Assembly (NCBI RefSeq): GCF_006345805.1
Contig: NC_043015.1
Location: 7,936,001 to 8,000,000 of the forward strand
DNA: 64,000 bases
Reading direction: 5' to 3'
Source of the DNA: Octopus sinensis
Lineage: Eukaryota
Shown here: positions 39,531 through 53,090 of the stretch, piece by piece
How the letters are laid out: every line of letters begins with the position of its first letter
How positions within the stretch are numbered: the stretch's first letter is position 1
Program-made: the position numbers and the translations under genes
Notes under the pieces: model-generated
Told to the model about the DNA's origin: nothing
Databases searched by the model: none
What the model saw: only the letters and a program-made list of their open reading frames with translations

Positions 39531-41159
39531 CTGTGTAACATAGGTATTGTTACTATTTTGAATGTTATTGCTGTTGCTTGTTACACATGATCGATTATAA
39601 CTATAATTAAAATCTAACAGCCCAGCCCATTCCTACAATTTCTATGGCGAGATAGGCTATGAAGCAATTTAACGTCAATAAACTGAGTGGAGGCTTTTTC
39701 TTGTTCCTTTCCAAGCTATGTATGCATATGTGAATATGTATTTTGCGTTCGCTTTAATTCTCAAATTTCTTTGTAACAGAAACATACACGCACGCTTCAA
39801 AATATGCATAGCAAACACATACACACCCACACATATACACCACCACACCCCTACAAACTCTTTCTCTCTCTCTCTCTACCACAAACACATATACACACTC
39901 ATGCTGGTATCAGTACGAGATTTTTATAGCATTGCTTTTAATTACATTCCTAATGTGAAATTATATTTCAGTTTACAGCAATAAACGCACATACTGAGAC
40001 CTCAATTTACTTGTTTTATGCCCTACACAAATATATATACATGTATTTCTATAGATCAGTATCTCACATTTACATATGCACGTGATTTTCTAATTTGTCA
40101 TTTAGTAGTTGCATAACAAGATAATTAACTAGATATTTAATTAATGGTAATAGCATTTTTTTTAAATTAAACATATGTGTATAAAGAGACATTTCTAATC
40201 AGAATAAAGCATCATTTTGATGTCTATATTAGTAGATACTGAGCGAAATGAGAAGATAACTGAATAAAATAAATTAAATAGCAGGAAGAAACAAAACAAA
40301 ACAAAAACTGTCGTGATTATATAAATTAGGTGTTTTATCCTTCTCTTTCTCAATATTATTTGAATTCTGAAACCACAAATATCAGGTTGTAAAGATGTAA
40401 TAATCTGAATGTCTATAGCATTCTCATTTCCGTTGTAATAATCGTGATTTAATGAAGAAATACAATGGTGTGTATATACTTGGTAAATTGTTTTAGTTAT
40501 CACGCTACAAAGGAATCTTTTTATCTCCTTTATCTTTTGGCTTTATAGCTAAGCCTCAAAGTTTTAATTAACATAATGTTTTCGCATTGATAATATTAGC
40601 TAAATATGAATTTCTGCTTGACTATAGGAGCATAGAGATAAAAACAAAAGTGGTGCATTGAAGGTTGTTGTACTGTGAAGTGTGAATAACTGATCTGATG
40701 TTACAAGAAGCGTTTATCAGAAAAATGAAACAAAACAAATTGGAAATAACAAAGGAGGTAGCGGGGATGTATAGCAGTGATTGCTAGCTAGAAAAATTAC
40801 TCAAACTCAATGAAACCGAAGTAAATCATGTTAGCAAAAGCACACAAGAGGTGTTCGGAATACATTATAGCTACAAACACATACTCTTAACGTGTTGCTA
40901 CAACTAAGAGTATAGGTTTAACATCCTTAACAGCGTTCCGCGGAAGAAAACAGTGAAGGTGACTAACATTAAACCATGAGGAAGGATGAGATAAACTGAG
41001 TGAAAATTTAACAGTTACATCATATATATATAAATATATATATATATAATATATATATATATTATATATATATATATGCAAAGGGAAAAAACACACGTTT
41101 ACGTATATATGTACGCACAATGCATACACACACACACACACATATATAGTTTAGATTTA

Positions 41160-41245
41160 TAGAAAATAAAAGACGAAGACGGGTGAAGGAACAACGGGTG
41201 ATTGTATTAGTTTAACACTTAGGAGTACATACATAAATGCATGTA
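41160..41245 (-). mobile_element. Penelope-like tail remnant
   Basis: aaaagacgaagacgg...gtattagtttt..cacttaggag matches the tail motif of the 56057 and 20455 repeats. Confidence 0.5.
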
Positions 41246-41314
41246 TATAAATATATGTGTGTGAGAGTATGTATATACCCATACACGCACGTTTGTATAA
41301 ATGTTAAGAAGTTA

Positions 41315-42600
41315 ACTTTGCATGCGCTCTTTCAGTTCGTTAATTTCGAAATTCAGACCTTTTGTATCTACGCCATACGTCTACCTCGGTTTTTCAAATT
41401 TGCGATTATTCTTCAATTCTCCCTTTCTTTTCCTGACAAGTATTGATACAACACCGTTCAAGGAGTTTATATCTTCTGAAATTCTCCTTTTACTCCAACG
41501 TTGTGCATTTCCACTTCTCTCTGTCAATTTTCTATTCTTTCTAGGTCTCAGTTCTATCTTTTCTGCCACAATCCTACTTGCAGTCTTGATGAAATAATTT
41601 GCTTGTGTGATGCTCTTTGTTTCAATGTCTTTCAATATATTATTGACTTTATTTGCTTCTTGAAATAATCACCATTGTTTAGCCTTCTTAAAATCGCTTC
41701 ATAGGTCCTGTCACTTCTGTACTCAATATATCCAAAATCCTGCTAATTATTAATTGGCATTCATTATTTAAGTAATGACTCATCACGATTCTTTCACACT
41801 TCACGGTAGTATATTCTTGCAAACAATTTTCATTCTCTTCCACTATACCACTTTCGTTTCTCATATGACCAGCATTAACCGATATCCTTTTAACAGTTTC
41901 CAGCTCTAATTCTTTTAAACGTATTGCTCTTACTTGGTCATATAATCTCTGTTCAGTAATTTCAAACAGATCCATTGCTTTCCATTCTCTCTGCCTTCGT
42001 TTTCTGTGCTCTCTGACAGGCACGTCATTTGCACCCACTGAGATTCTACGGTAGTAACATACCATAACTACCATATTTACTTGCTTACTCCACTCATGTT
42101 TCGTAGCATGGTTAGTAGTGGCTGAATTACGACCGGGCCCACCGTGCTGCACAGTGGGATATCTGTTGGGTAAGGCATCTTCACCATTGTTATCGTTAGC
42201 TATTTTGCTTGGTATTTTCACTCTCAAATGAGGTGAATTTTTAACTTACCACCAATAGGTACTTTTATCACGACACCACCTCTGTCATGGTAGCTCACCA
42301 AAGTGGCAGAGGCTTTGCATCACTGATTTTGAACTCCGACTTGTCCTTCTACAAGTCTACTTGCCATCCAAGACTAACAAGAACAGCCTACTTGGAGCAC
42401 TGACTCTTTGAAGACGCCAGACACTCGCCTTTTTATTCTCTTATTCTGCTAATTCACCGAAGCAATTGCGCTTGACTGTCAGGGGCACTGTCTTGCGTAG
42501 GTCATTGCGGAATTTTACAAGTGAGAGGTGCTCAACTCCCTTCACCATCTTTGCATTGGCAGATACAAGTTTCCCCTAACTCTGACATCAGCGAAATCAC
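41315..42600 (-). pseudogene. R4/Dong-clade (RLE) non-LTR retrotransposon, 5' UTR and N-terminal ORF, disrupted
   Basis: ORFs 41688-42227 and 41381-41635: WSKQVNMVVMVCYY...FEITEQRLYDQVRAIR..LELE, IETKSITQANYFIKTASRIVAEK, RWSKRRI..DI, then KGLNFEINELKERM. These are typical of the R4/Dong N-terminus. Truncated before the RT. Confidence 0.82.
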
Positions 42601-42699
42601 TTCAGTCCAATTCCTATTAGATAAGGAAAATGCTTATTAAAGGTAATACGGTTATATATAAACCATACCATACCGGATTATATGTATAATATAATATAA

Positions 42700-42770
42700 T
42701 TATGAAAGACGAAGACGGATGAAGGAGCAACACGTATTAGTTTAACACTCAGGAATACATAAATGCATGG
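42700..42770 (-). mobile_element. Penelope-like tail remnant
   Basis: gaaagacgaagacggatgaagg...gtattagtttaacactcaggaa; a direct repeat of 41160-41245. Confidence 0.5.
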
Positions 42771-42980
42771 AGGGAGCGAGACAAAAGCAAAAAATAAGAA
42801 CGATGACCTGGGGCTCAGAGCATGTTCAGTATAATCCCTGCTCCGTTAGATACTTATAATAATGCGCGTGATAAATGTCTCGTGAAATAAAGACGATTAC
42901 TTAGGAGTAATTGTAAATACGGAAGTAAGGTAGGCATTAATAAATCTCCGAACGAGATGTAAACAGTAACCGCTCGACAA

Positions 42981-43234
42981 CGTTTAGTGTACTAGCCATT
43001 CGAATGTGGCTAACCACTGGGGGTGGGTGTTACTGACGCTTTTAGCCCCAGGAGATCGACGTCACTAGCTGGCCTTAGACACAATTTCTGTGCCCTTATG
43101 ATCTTTGCAAATATCATAAGGGCACAGAAATTGTGTCTAAGGCCGGCTGGTGACGTCGATCTCCTGGGGCTAAAAGCATCAGTAACACCCACCCCCAGTG
43201 GCTAGCCACATTCAGATGGCTAGTACACTAAACG
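42981..43234. repeat. 254-bp loopless palindrome
   Basis: 127-bp arms centred at 43107/43108 (tttg|caaa), ungapped, 7 mismatches by eye. Confidence 0.98.
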
Positions 43235-44173
43235 GAAGTAAGGTAGCTATTGAATAAAAGCAAAAGGTGGGTAAGGCGTACGCATTACCACCGAGAGAAC
43301 AAACAAAACATTCAGAGAAATGAGAGGGATGGTGAAAGACAAAATCTAACGCTGTTAGTAAGCGAGAGAGTGAGAAAACCAAAAAAGAAGGAGAGGACGA
43401 TCGAATTGTAACTAAGGTCAAGATAGGGTATTGTCATATAGAATTTTAAGCATTAAGCATTTTCGAAAAATAAAAAGAAATATGTTCGTTCTAATGACAT
43501 CGGTGATCCGGCATTTTTCAAGTACATCGTTATTCGGGAATAGCTAAGTTATGTCATCAAAGAGGAAGAATGAATTCTTAGATAGTATTGAATTTGTTTC
43601 CGTCTAAAACTGATATGTTTTTGCTACTGTGTTATGGAGGATTTATCTACGATGAGCAAGGAAGTTGTGGGTGGTGGGGTAGTCGAGACAAGGTGACTGG
43701 TGTGGAGCTTCTTATTACCCAAAAACGGACATAAAGAAAAAATTCACCGAGATAGAAGAGAAGGATTATGAAAAACAAAGACTGACGTAATTGTTATTAT
43801 TGTTATTATTATTATTATTATTATTATTGTTGTTGTTGTTGCTGTTGTTACTATCCACAGCCTTAACGCTGAAACTCATAGAATTACACCAGTACACTCA
43901 TAGTTTTTCAGTTGTCGAAGAAATGTATAACGCTAAAGATACAAAATCAATGTAATGGACTTACCTCAGACAAAACACCCATATTTTCCCTCAAATAATG
44001 CCTATATATTAAATCTGAACAAATACGGCTGCGACATCGTAGCTCAACAAGGATGAATGCATCCAGTTTAAAAATGACCCTACACACAAACACATAGTGG
44101 TGGTCACGAACTTTTCGAGGATACTTGACAGGTACTAGCTAGCGTGCTTATACCACACCACTTTATTCAATTA

Positions 44174-44564
44174 CTAGCAGTATCACCCGGCGTTGCTCAG
44201 GTTTGTTTTGACCCTTTACAATTCAAAGTTTTGAAAAGTAAAAAGTTTGCATTGTGTAGCTTGCAATTGTCTTTAAGTGAATATTTTTCTGGTTGAAATA
44301 CACCGAGAATTTGCGACACAGCAGTCAAAAAATCGTAAAAATTAGGGATTTTCATAGAATAAAAGCACCTTTTTATGGAAATAATTTTTGGTGTTAACAT
44401 GGTCCGATGAGATTTTTTTCTTCTACGAAAGAAACAGCAAGTCTTCTTCTATCGTACTTTCAATTTTGGTCAACTTGCGCCGCAGGGTCTCGGAGGAGAT
44501 AGTGTTAGTTGAAGGCTACCAAACCTGCCATACACAGACAACTTCAGCTTTATATATAGAGAGA
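44174..44564 (-). mobile_element. Complete non-autonomous Helitron
   Basis: Minus strand A|TCTCTCTATATATAAAGCTG ... CCTGAGCAACGCCGGG (imperfect hairpin) tgatactg CTAG|T. 5' TC, 3' hairpin plus CTAG, inserted between A and T, no TSD. Confidence 0.85.
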
Positions 44565-45310
44565 TTTCTATCAAGTTCCCCGCAATAGAGCCCAGTTTGT
44601 AACAAATATTTTGGGAGCAATAATTCATCATCTAATACCTTAATCTTCAAATTCAACCATTGTCTGTGTCGTGTGTTCAGATGACATTGATTACAACAGA
44701 GGAAATCCTTCGGCTGCCCCTGCGTTTCAAGCCGATGCCTCTCAAATAACATAACCGGAAATATCTGTGTGACCTTATATTTTATACCACCAACGAATCC
44801 CCAAAATTACTCATTTTATTCGAATAATAAGAATTTTTTTTTATTTCCTTTGCTTCACACATTAACACTAAATGCATTGAGTAAAAATAGCCAAAATTCT
44901 ATTAAATATATATGTTTTCTTTATATTTCATCATTTTCTGAATCAGATAAAACAGTTTTGGCCTTGCTAGCGAAAAACAATAAAATAAAATAAAAAAGAA
45001 CAATAGTACATTTTTTTCTCTCAGAACGTGATGCCATATATAAAGTACATTTGTGGAGATAATATATATTGCAATATTTCTAAAAACCTCTTGTTCAACT
45101 CCTATTGTATGAGCTTACAGATAACTTTTCTTAATTATTGATGGAGTTTCTATTTTTTTTCATTTCAAGTTTCTTTCTCTGTGTGTATGTGCGTGGTATT
45201 ATACATACATACATACATATATATATATACATACATATGCATGTGCATATATATATATACATATTCATGTATGCGTATGTAAGTATATATTACGTATCTA
45301 TCCATATGTA

Positions 45311-45341
<31 letters not shown>

Positions 45342-47548
45342 ATCTATATATATATATAAATCATTCACGAATAGTCAGTTCTAAATAGAATTTTCTTAGT
45401 AATCTCGTACACTAATGATGTGGTCTGTTGCTTTATTTTCCAATAAGATTTGTAATAGATGCTTGAAAACCAAACATAGTTCCGGTATTATTACACACGT
45501 CATTTTCTACTATATTATTTCCAAAGAGAAAGGGGTGAGTTTGAACTATTTGTTCTTCATTTGTTTTCAATTAGAATAACTATTATATATTACTAGTTAC
45601 AATTTGCTTTTAAAGACACTACATGCGTAGACAGAAATATGAAACAAAATAGTTTATAATTAATGATAATGTAAAGGAGGAAAACACTTTTGTTCTCGAT
45701 GACATATACATTATTCATATTACTATTTTGACAATATTTTAGACGTTTACGCTTTACGTATATATCCCGTCTATTTCAGATTTGAACTTATAGTTTCTTC
45801 TCGAAATATTTTAGGGGTTCTGCCGCCATGCGAATGCCTTTACTGATGTTGTATGCCAACGTGTTTTCAAGATTCGTTACGGATATTGCTAAGAATATAA
45901 TCACAAGAACAGTAAGAGAGACACTGGCATTTCATAAGAATCCTAGAAATGAAGTAATGGTGTAAAAAGTGTGTAACTTGAAGACAAAATTGAATCGAAT
46001 ACAAAAACACATCTGCGTCTGATTAGCATTTGGTTAGCATCGAATTCTATTGCATAGTTTTAGAGGTTTAAACATAAATGTGTGTTTTATATGAGCTAGA
46101 TTGTACGAATATGTAATTCTTAGGCATTGCAGTAGAAATATAATTTTTAAACTCACTTAAATTTGGCGATGATGATTCAAATGACGATTCGACACTAACG
46201 TTCTGTATAAAATAGACTGAATGAAGATCGTTTACAATGAATATAAAGAAATAACAATTTATGTGGGCAATAATTAACTATGTTCTTTACTTCTTACAAT
46301 GGTTGACAAGAAGGAAACGTTGTTTAATATTAGAGTGTTAAACCGAGGTGGAGCATGTTAAAAAGTAATAGTATTCCAAATTTCACCATTCGCTGGTTTG
46401 TTGTTATCGAAAGAGTGACTTGTATAAACTGTTGAATTGGTTTTGTAGTTTTGAGGCTGACCACTGCTTAAAATATCATACATCTCCCTTTTCAGGATGG
46501 CTCAATGTAGCAACTGTAGCGGGAGAAATATATCTAAATATTTTGCTACTGTGACCTATGCAAGATTGACTGCGTAACGATATTTCTATCCAGCGGAAGT
46601 CAAATTTATACTTGATAAACGAAAGTAAGCTCTCGGGTTAACATAACAAATTTTGCTTCGCAGCAAGTATGCTGCTTCGGTCTTAATAAAATAAAACTGA
46701 TGAATTGAATTAGATATATCGTGGCGATGTCTCCTAAATAGAAGATATCCCACTCTTCCTTATGTATTTGCAGACAAAATACCACAAAATGGACTTCACA
46801 GATACGATGTCGTTACAGAATGACTATAATAAAAAAAATATGCATTATGGCAGTTTCTGAATATTTTCATTTAGCCCCATTCCTGCAAAACGGAGGCTGG
46901 ACACGTTTCAAACATGACCATCACGATTATCTTGCATATTCCAAAACATATGCATAATTCATTTCATTCTTTTTGAAGAAGGAGAAATTTATCAGTTAGT
47001 TCTATTTTCCCTTGTTATGTTACCTAAAGATATTCCTCAGTTTCAATTATTAAAATCTTTCACCAACACGGAAGAAGCCTGATAACACCTGATCCAGAAC
47101 ACACATCTTTGTTTGTTTTTGATTTGAAATTTAGATATTAAGTGATAATGTATATTTACAATCAATTGCATTATTTCCTCATCATAGGTTCAATGTTAGC
47201 TGTAGCTTTCTTCGAATATATTTTCATCGACACTTTAATTACCATTAGCATTCCACGTCAGATGTTGCTGTAGAAATATTCTGGCCATTCATAGATTAGT
47301 TGCTAGACGGCCTGGAATATTTTCCTCATTTTAAAATCAGGCAGGAACATTTATCTTGGCCGAACTCCATCATTATATATTTTGAGAATATCGTAATCGG
47401 GTGAATGCGCACACTGTAACACACGCACACATGTATATAGAATCGGTTCGTATATGTATAAATATATATATATGACCAGTTACCAGTGCGTCTATAAATA
47501 TGTTTATGAACATGCACACACTCAAATGCACTCACGGTTATATATGTG

Positions 47549-47590
<42 letters not shown>

Positions 47591-50018
47591 AACGTAAATT
47601 TGCATAGGTTTCAGTTCAAATGAATACGAGCAATAAGTGTGTGTGTGCGCGAATGCATTATATATATAATCAAATATAGAGGCACACACGGTTGAAATAT
47701 CATAATCGTATGATTACCATGATCGTAAAGTTAATGAGTTTCACAGACAGCCTGTAAATATTTACGTACGTCCATATATACATACATATACATGCATATA
47801 CATATATATGCATACACACACACACACACATATATATATATGTATGTATATATATATTTGTATATATTATATTTGTATGCATGTGTGTGCTTTTGAGTAT
47901 ATTAGTATGCCTCTGAATATATATGCATATGTAATATATAGATACATTATATATAATATATATATATTATATATATGATATATATTTATATTATATATAT
48001 ATATATGATATATATTTATATTATATATATATATATATGATACATATATGCATATATTATATGTACATTGTGTATATATATATATATGCATATATGTATA
48101 AATACACTTACAAATTAATCTAGATGTGTTTTTATGTACATACATATATACGTGTCTGTGCGCGTGTTGTGTGTGTGCGTGTGTGCCTGCGCGCGTGTGT
48201 AAGTGGCTAGCTATCAAGAAAAATAGATAAGAACACATTAATTCATTTTGTCTGTGTGGGTGATGATGTGTTTCTGTGTATGTATTGGTGGATATAGACT
48301 TGTGTGGGTTTTCTAAACGAAAGTCAGTGTGCATGTACGTGTTAGTGGAGATGTGTGTGTGTGCGTGCATGTACATATGTATGTGCGGGTGCGTGTGGGT
48401 CTGTATTCAGCGAATATACAAGAAAAGCATTTCTGCATAATTCTTTAGTTCCGTGTTAAAGTTCAGATTCAGCAGTCGTGAATGAAATCTTGGTTATTCC
48501 TTACAGAAATACTGTGCGAAATCTCCAATACAAAAAAGCTATTGTTACGTTTTCTCGTTCTTCGAATTTAATCAATATGATGGAAAGCTGAATCATGTAG
48601 GAAATAACCAACACATTTATCTGAGATTGGCCACGAAAAAGAAACATAGTTCAGTTTTATGTTATTTTTTTTAACAACAGAATTCCCTTGATACTCTAAA
48701 ATGTTAAACGGTAACATTAGTTAATATCCTTCTTCTTCATAGACAGTTTATAACAGATCTATTGAAGGCAACCGTTTTTATAATATGCTTCCATGTAATA
48801 ATGTATCGATAGTGTGATTTAGATAATAGGATAATATATGGGTGCGTTGTGCTGGGGCAAGTTATTATATTGCTTAAATTATAAATCTCACTCAGTAGAG
48901 AATTTATCAGATGAGCGAAATATCAAAGACGTTTAAACTATTCACACTTTTGCCCAGTTCTGTTGCTTTTCTGCTTGGAAATTTAAGTTTATACTATGTT
49001 GCACGAATAAGGATGAATTCCTTTGCAAATGAAGGAACTGTTAGTACAATCAGACAGAAGAACATATACTAGAGACGTGACGATTCTGATGAAATTGTCA
49101 GAGCTGCAGCTTCTTGTTAATAATTCTTTCAAACCAAATGATTTATGTGTCAGACAGAACTGGTTAACAAGGAAGCAAAGATGTTTGCCTATTGATAATA
49201 CCAATGTTATTGAATAACTTCTATTTTAGAAGCAATGCGAATGCAAGTGACGCTAGGAACACAGTTGTCATTATTAAGTGTAGCCAGATAACTGCAAATT
49301 GTTATCAACATTTATGTCAAACGAGGGGAAAATGGTTTAACGTTACTCGCATAACTGCAAGAGGAAATTATACCTCTATAATATTTAAATACACGTATCG
49401 ATCTCAGAAGCAACGTAATCAATTGAATCTGACATCTACACATGGAAGAAAGAAATGTTTTATTAACAGCTTACACTATTCAATGTGCTAAAGTATTTAA
49501 AATACTTTCTAACTCTTGGATGATTTCCAATATATTTTTTCTAATATATTAGACTGTATGTTCTGGTAAATTCGTCAGATTAATGTAGACGTGGATGTAA
49601 TTATTTAAGCGTCAGCATTCGGTTGAACAAAAATATTATTGCGTTCTTTTCCGTTAATTCTTTTTTCTATTACCCTTTTCCAATTATTTATAAATTGGTT
49701 GTATAATAATTCACATAATACTGAAAAACTCAAAATTAAATTACATCTCTTTTACCGTGTATCTGTAAATAGTTGAAAAGTGAAAACATCCGTTTTCGTA
49801 AAAATGATTGGAAAAATAATAGACTCAGAGATATAATTAACAATAATTGTCCGCGTTATTCTTCCTCCGATTCAAAATATTTATCCATATTATTTGCCCA
49901 TACCATTGCACATTCTTTCAATAATTCATTTAATTTTCCTGTCACGTATAGCGAAATGTAATTATAATAATACTATTTTAATTTCATTTTTAGATATTTA
50001 TGTATATTCTTCTATTAC

Positions 50019-50213
50019 GCATCAAATTGGACGGCTCAAGCCTGCTATGTGCTTCATCTATTCCGGCTGCTATATTAGCAAAGCAAATGAGAAGATATTG
50101 CCAGCCTCCCAGTTCAAACTTTGACCTATTTCCATGTGCAATGGATTCTGTGACCTGCATCATCCGAGTTTTCTCACATAGTGTTTTTTTTAAGTGGGTG
50201 TATGTCGGTAAGG
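50019..50213 (-). CDS. Candidate internal host exon (195 nt, phase 1-1), product unknown
   Basis: Long polypyrimidine tract ending ccaacAG, open frame LPTYTHLKKTLCEK...GGWQYLLICFANIAAGIDEAHSRLEPSNLM, donor tgc|GTAATA. No homologue recognised. Confidence 0.3.
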
Positions 50214-50820
50214 CTGTTGGTGTGAGGATGGACGAGACAGAATAAAACAAAAACAACGTGGGTATCAGAAAGGGACAGAAAGAGAAACACAGAGGAAACG
50301 GGTAAGATCGTTTCTCATACTTCAGTTGTACTTTATTTCTTGACGGCTGGAAATACATTTTTATATCTTTGCATTGGTTTATAAATATTCCTGCGGTTCA
50401 AGATAACAATCGTGTAAGATACAAATTGGCGACATTTTGAATCCGAATATACATTTTTGCACTGTATTCAAGTATTTATTGTTCTCATAGCAACTGAAAT
50501 TAGTGGAGATTAACAACATAACAAGATAGGAGGAAATTATTTTGAGATATCTTTTCTAGTATCTTACATTGTAACATTGAATTTCCCCAATCAGCTTAAA
50601 TGTTTCTTTTTCTGCTGTCGATACAATAACGTATAAGACAAAGATTTAAATCCGTGCACTGTTGGTAAATTTGTTCCGCAATACAGAAGATACTGCAGAA
50701 TATTCGCCAAACACAGTTAACAGGTGAAATGAAATATCATTTTGACGCACCTTGTCTCCCTTACCAAATCATAAATCTGCAACACCGTATTACCACACAT
50801 ATATGTGGCCTTATGGGTAT

Positions 50821-51024
50821 TCTCTTTTACTTGTTTCAGTCATTTGACTGCGGCCATACTGGAGCACCGACTTTAGTCGAGCAAATCGACCCCAGGACTA
50901 ATTATTTGTAAGTCTAGTACTTAATCTAACGGCATCTTTTGCCGAAACGCTAAGTTAGGGGGACGTAAACACACCAGCATCGGTTGTTAAGCGATGCTGG
51001 GTGACAAACACAGACACACAAACA

Positions 51025-51083
<59 letters not shown>

Positions 51084-51237
51084 ACGGGCTTCTTTCAGTT
51101 TCCGTCTAACAAATCCACTCACAAGGCGTTAGTCGGCCCGAGGCTATAGTAGAAGACACTTATCCAAGGTCCCACGCAGCGGGACTGAATCCGGAGCCAT
51201 GTTGTTGGTAAGCAAGCTACTTAACACCCAGCCACTC
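50821..51237 (-). mobile_element. SINE (ggcgcaggagtggct family) with internal microsatellite
   Basis: Reverse-complement match to 9772-10195. Confidence 0.9.
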
Positions 51238-51777
51238 GTTAAGAAATTACATTTATTTCTGCTTTCTTTTAGCACCGTTTCATATCAAATTCTTAAAAAA
51301 TTTCCTACGCCTTTATATTCTAAGCTACAATTCTGTCGATGCTTACTTTACTATTCATCCCTTCAGTGTGGTTAAAATATCTTCCATTTGAGCACTGGCT
51401 GTATATTACACAAAGAGCCACAAATATGTCATCGTGAGAACTCTTAAATCCTGGATTTCTTTGTATATACAAACTTAACTGAGTGTTAAGTGTGAATTCC
51501 TCTCAGTAAGTAATATGAATTTTCTGATGCACGCATCCATTATAGAGGGAAAAGAACCAGTATTTCTCTGGAAACTCTCGTATATATGTGTGTGTATGTA
51601 TGTGTGTGGGTGTGTGTTCATTTGACTGCGCCCACACTGTAGCATCACCTTTAGTCGAAGTTAATAAATCCCAGAACTGATTTTTGTAAGCTTAGTACTT
51701 AATCTGTCTCTTTGGTGAACCATTAGATTTCAGGGACATAGATACATACATGAATAAATATATATATATACAAACAC

Positions 51778-51824
<47 letters not shown>

Positions 51825-51896
51825 TATATATATTTATATACTCACATATCAAGGTACAGGTACATCTGTGTGGTAAGAAGCTTGCTTCTCAACCAC

Positions 51897-51948
<52 letters not shown>

Positions 51949-52454
51949 GCATGTTGGTGCAGTTAATTAAGGGATTATACCGAAGCACGTCGCCACGTAG
52001 TGATTCATTGTTTCAATTAACTAGACAGAATTATATCTGAGAGAATCGGATATATCAGGAAATAGAAAATTAATTCTGCCATGCAAAACAATGTGATAAT
52101 TTTCCACAAATAACATGAAAGTCTTGCATCACATCACATGAAAATTCATAAACATTTTTAACTGAAATGGATTCACGAAGGATTAAACGTGTTTTAATTT
52201 TTCTTTTAATATATATGTTAACATTCCTTTGTTAACTATCCTTTGTTTTCGTTAAAGTTTTATTCAAGTGAAATTCGTTTTGTGTTGCGTGCATTATAAT
52301 AGAATGAAATTATATCTAAAAGAGAGAAAAGTTCTCAACAATATAGGACCTCCGTCAACAATGATTATAATTAAGATGACAATCATGGATGTCACGAAAT
52401 TTTCTAATTTCCATTTTCCAAAAACTTATCTATGACTAACATTATCCATTGTGG

Positions 52455-52476
52455 AGGCAGACATCATGCACTTCGC

Positions 52477-52508
<32 letters not shown>

Positions 52509-52723
52509 CATACTACTACTACTCCTACCACCACCACTGCCACCACTACTACTACTGCTACTACCACCACCACCACTGCCAATACTACTACTACTAATCC
52601 CACTACCACCACCAATACTACTACTACTACTACTGCTACTACTACTACTACACGTTGATGAAAATCATATCTTTATAAGAACAATAATTATATTTTTTAT
52701 TAAAATCATTAGTATGATTATTA

Positions 52724-52755
<32 letters not shown>

Positions 52756-52770
52756 TGTTATTATAATTAT
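52455..52770. repeat. (CTA/CCA)n and (TTA)n low-complexity tract
   Basis: Direct reading; it gives the poly-L/P and poly-T ORFs. Confidence 0.95.
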
Positions 52771-53090
52771 GGTTATTATTATTTGATCAGTGTTAATTCT
52801 CTTCTTGCAAACTTTCAGTACATGTTCAATTATATTTAATTGTATATAAATTATATTTATACTTAATATAAATTTCATGTTTCCATGAAACTCGAGGCCA
52901 CTCGTTCAATGTTATTTATAGATTTCTTTCCTCTCTTAGCTTATAAATCCATAGAGAAGATTGTATATTTGAATTGTATTATTAAAACTTAAGGGGCTTT
53001 GTGACAATAATGTCAAATTAATGCTATATATGAAACGGTATTATTTCATTGTGTGAAAATCAATAATAATAATAATAATAATAATAATAA

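Noticed and set aside
43010-43205. Mirror-image 60-aa ORFs on both strands
   Set aside because: A trivial consequence of the palindrome.
52432-52839. Poly-Leu/Pro/Tyr and mucin-like poly-Thr ORFs
   Set aside because: Trinucleotide low-complexity tract without splice or homology support.
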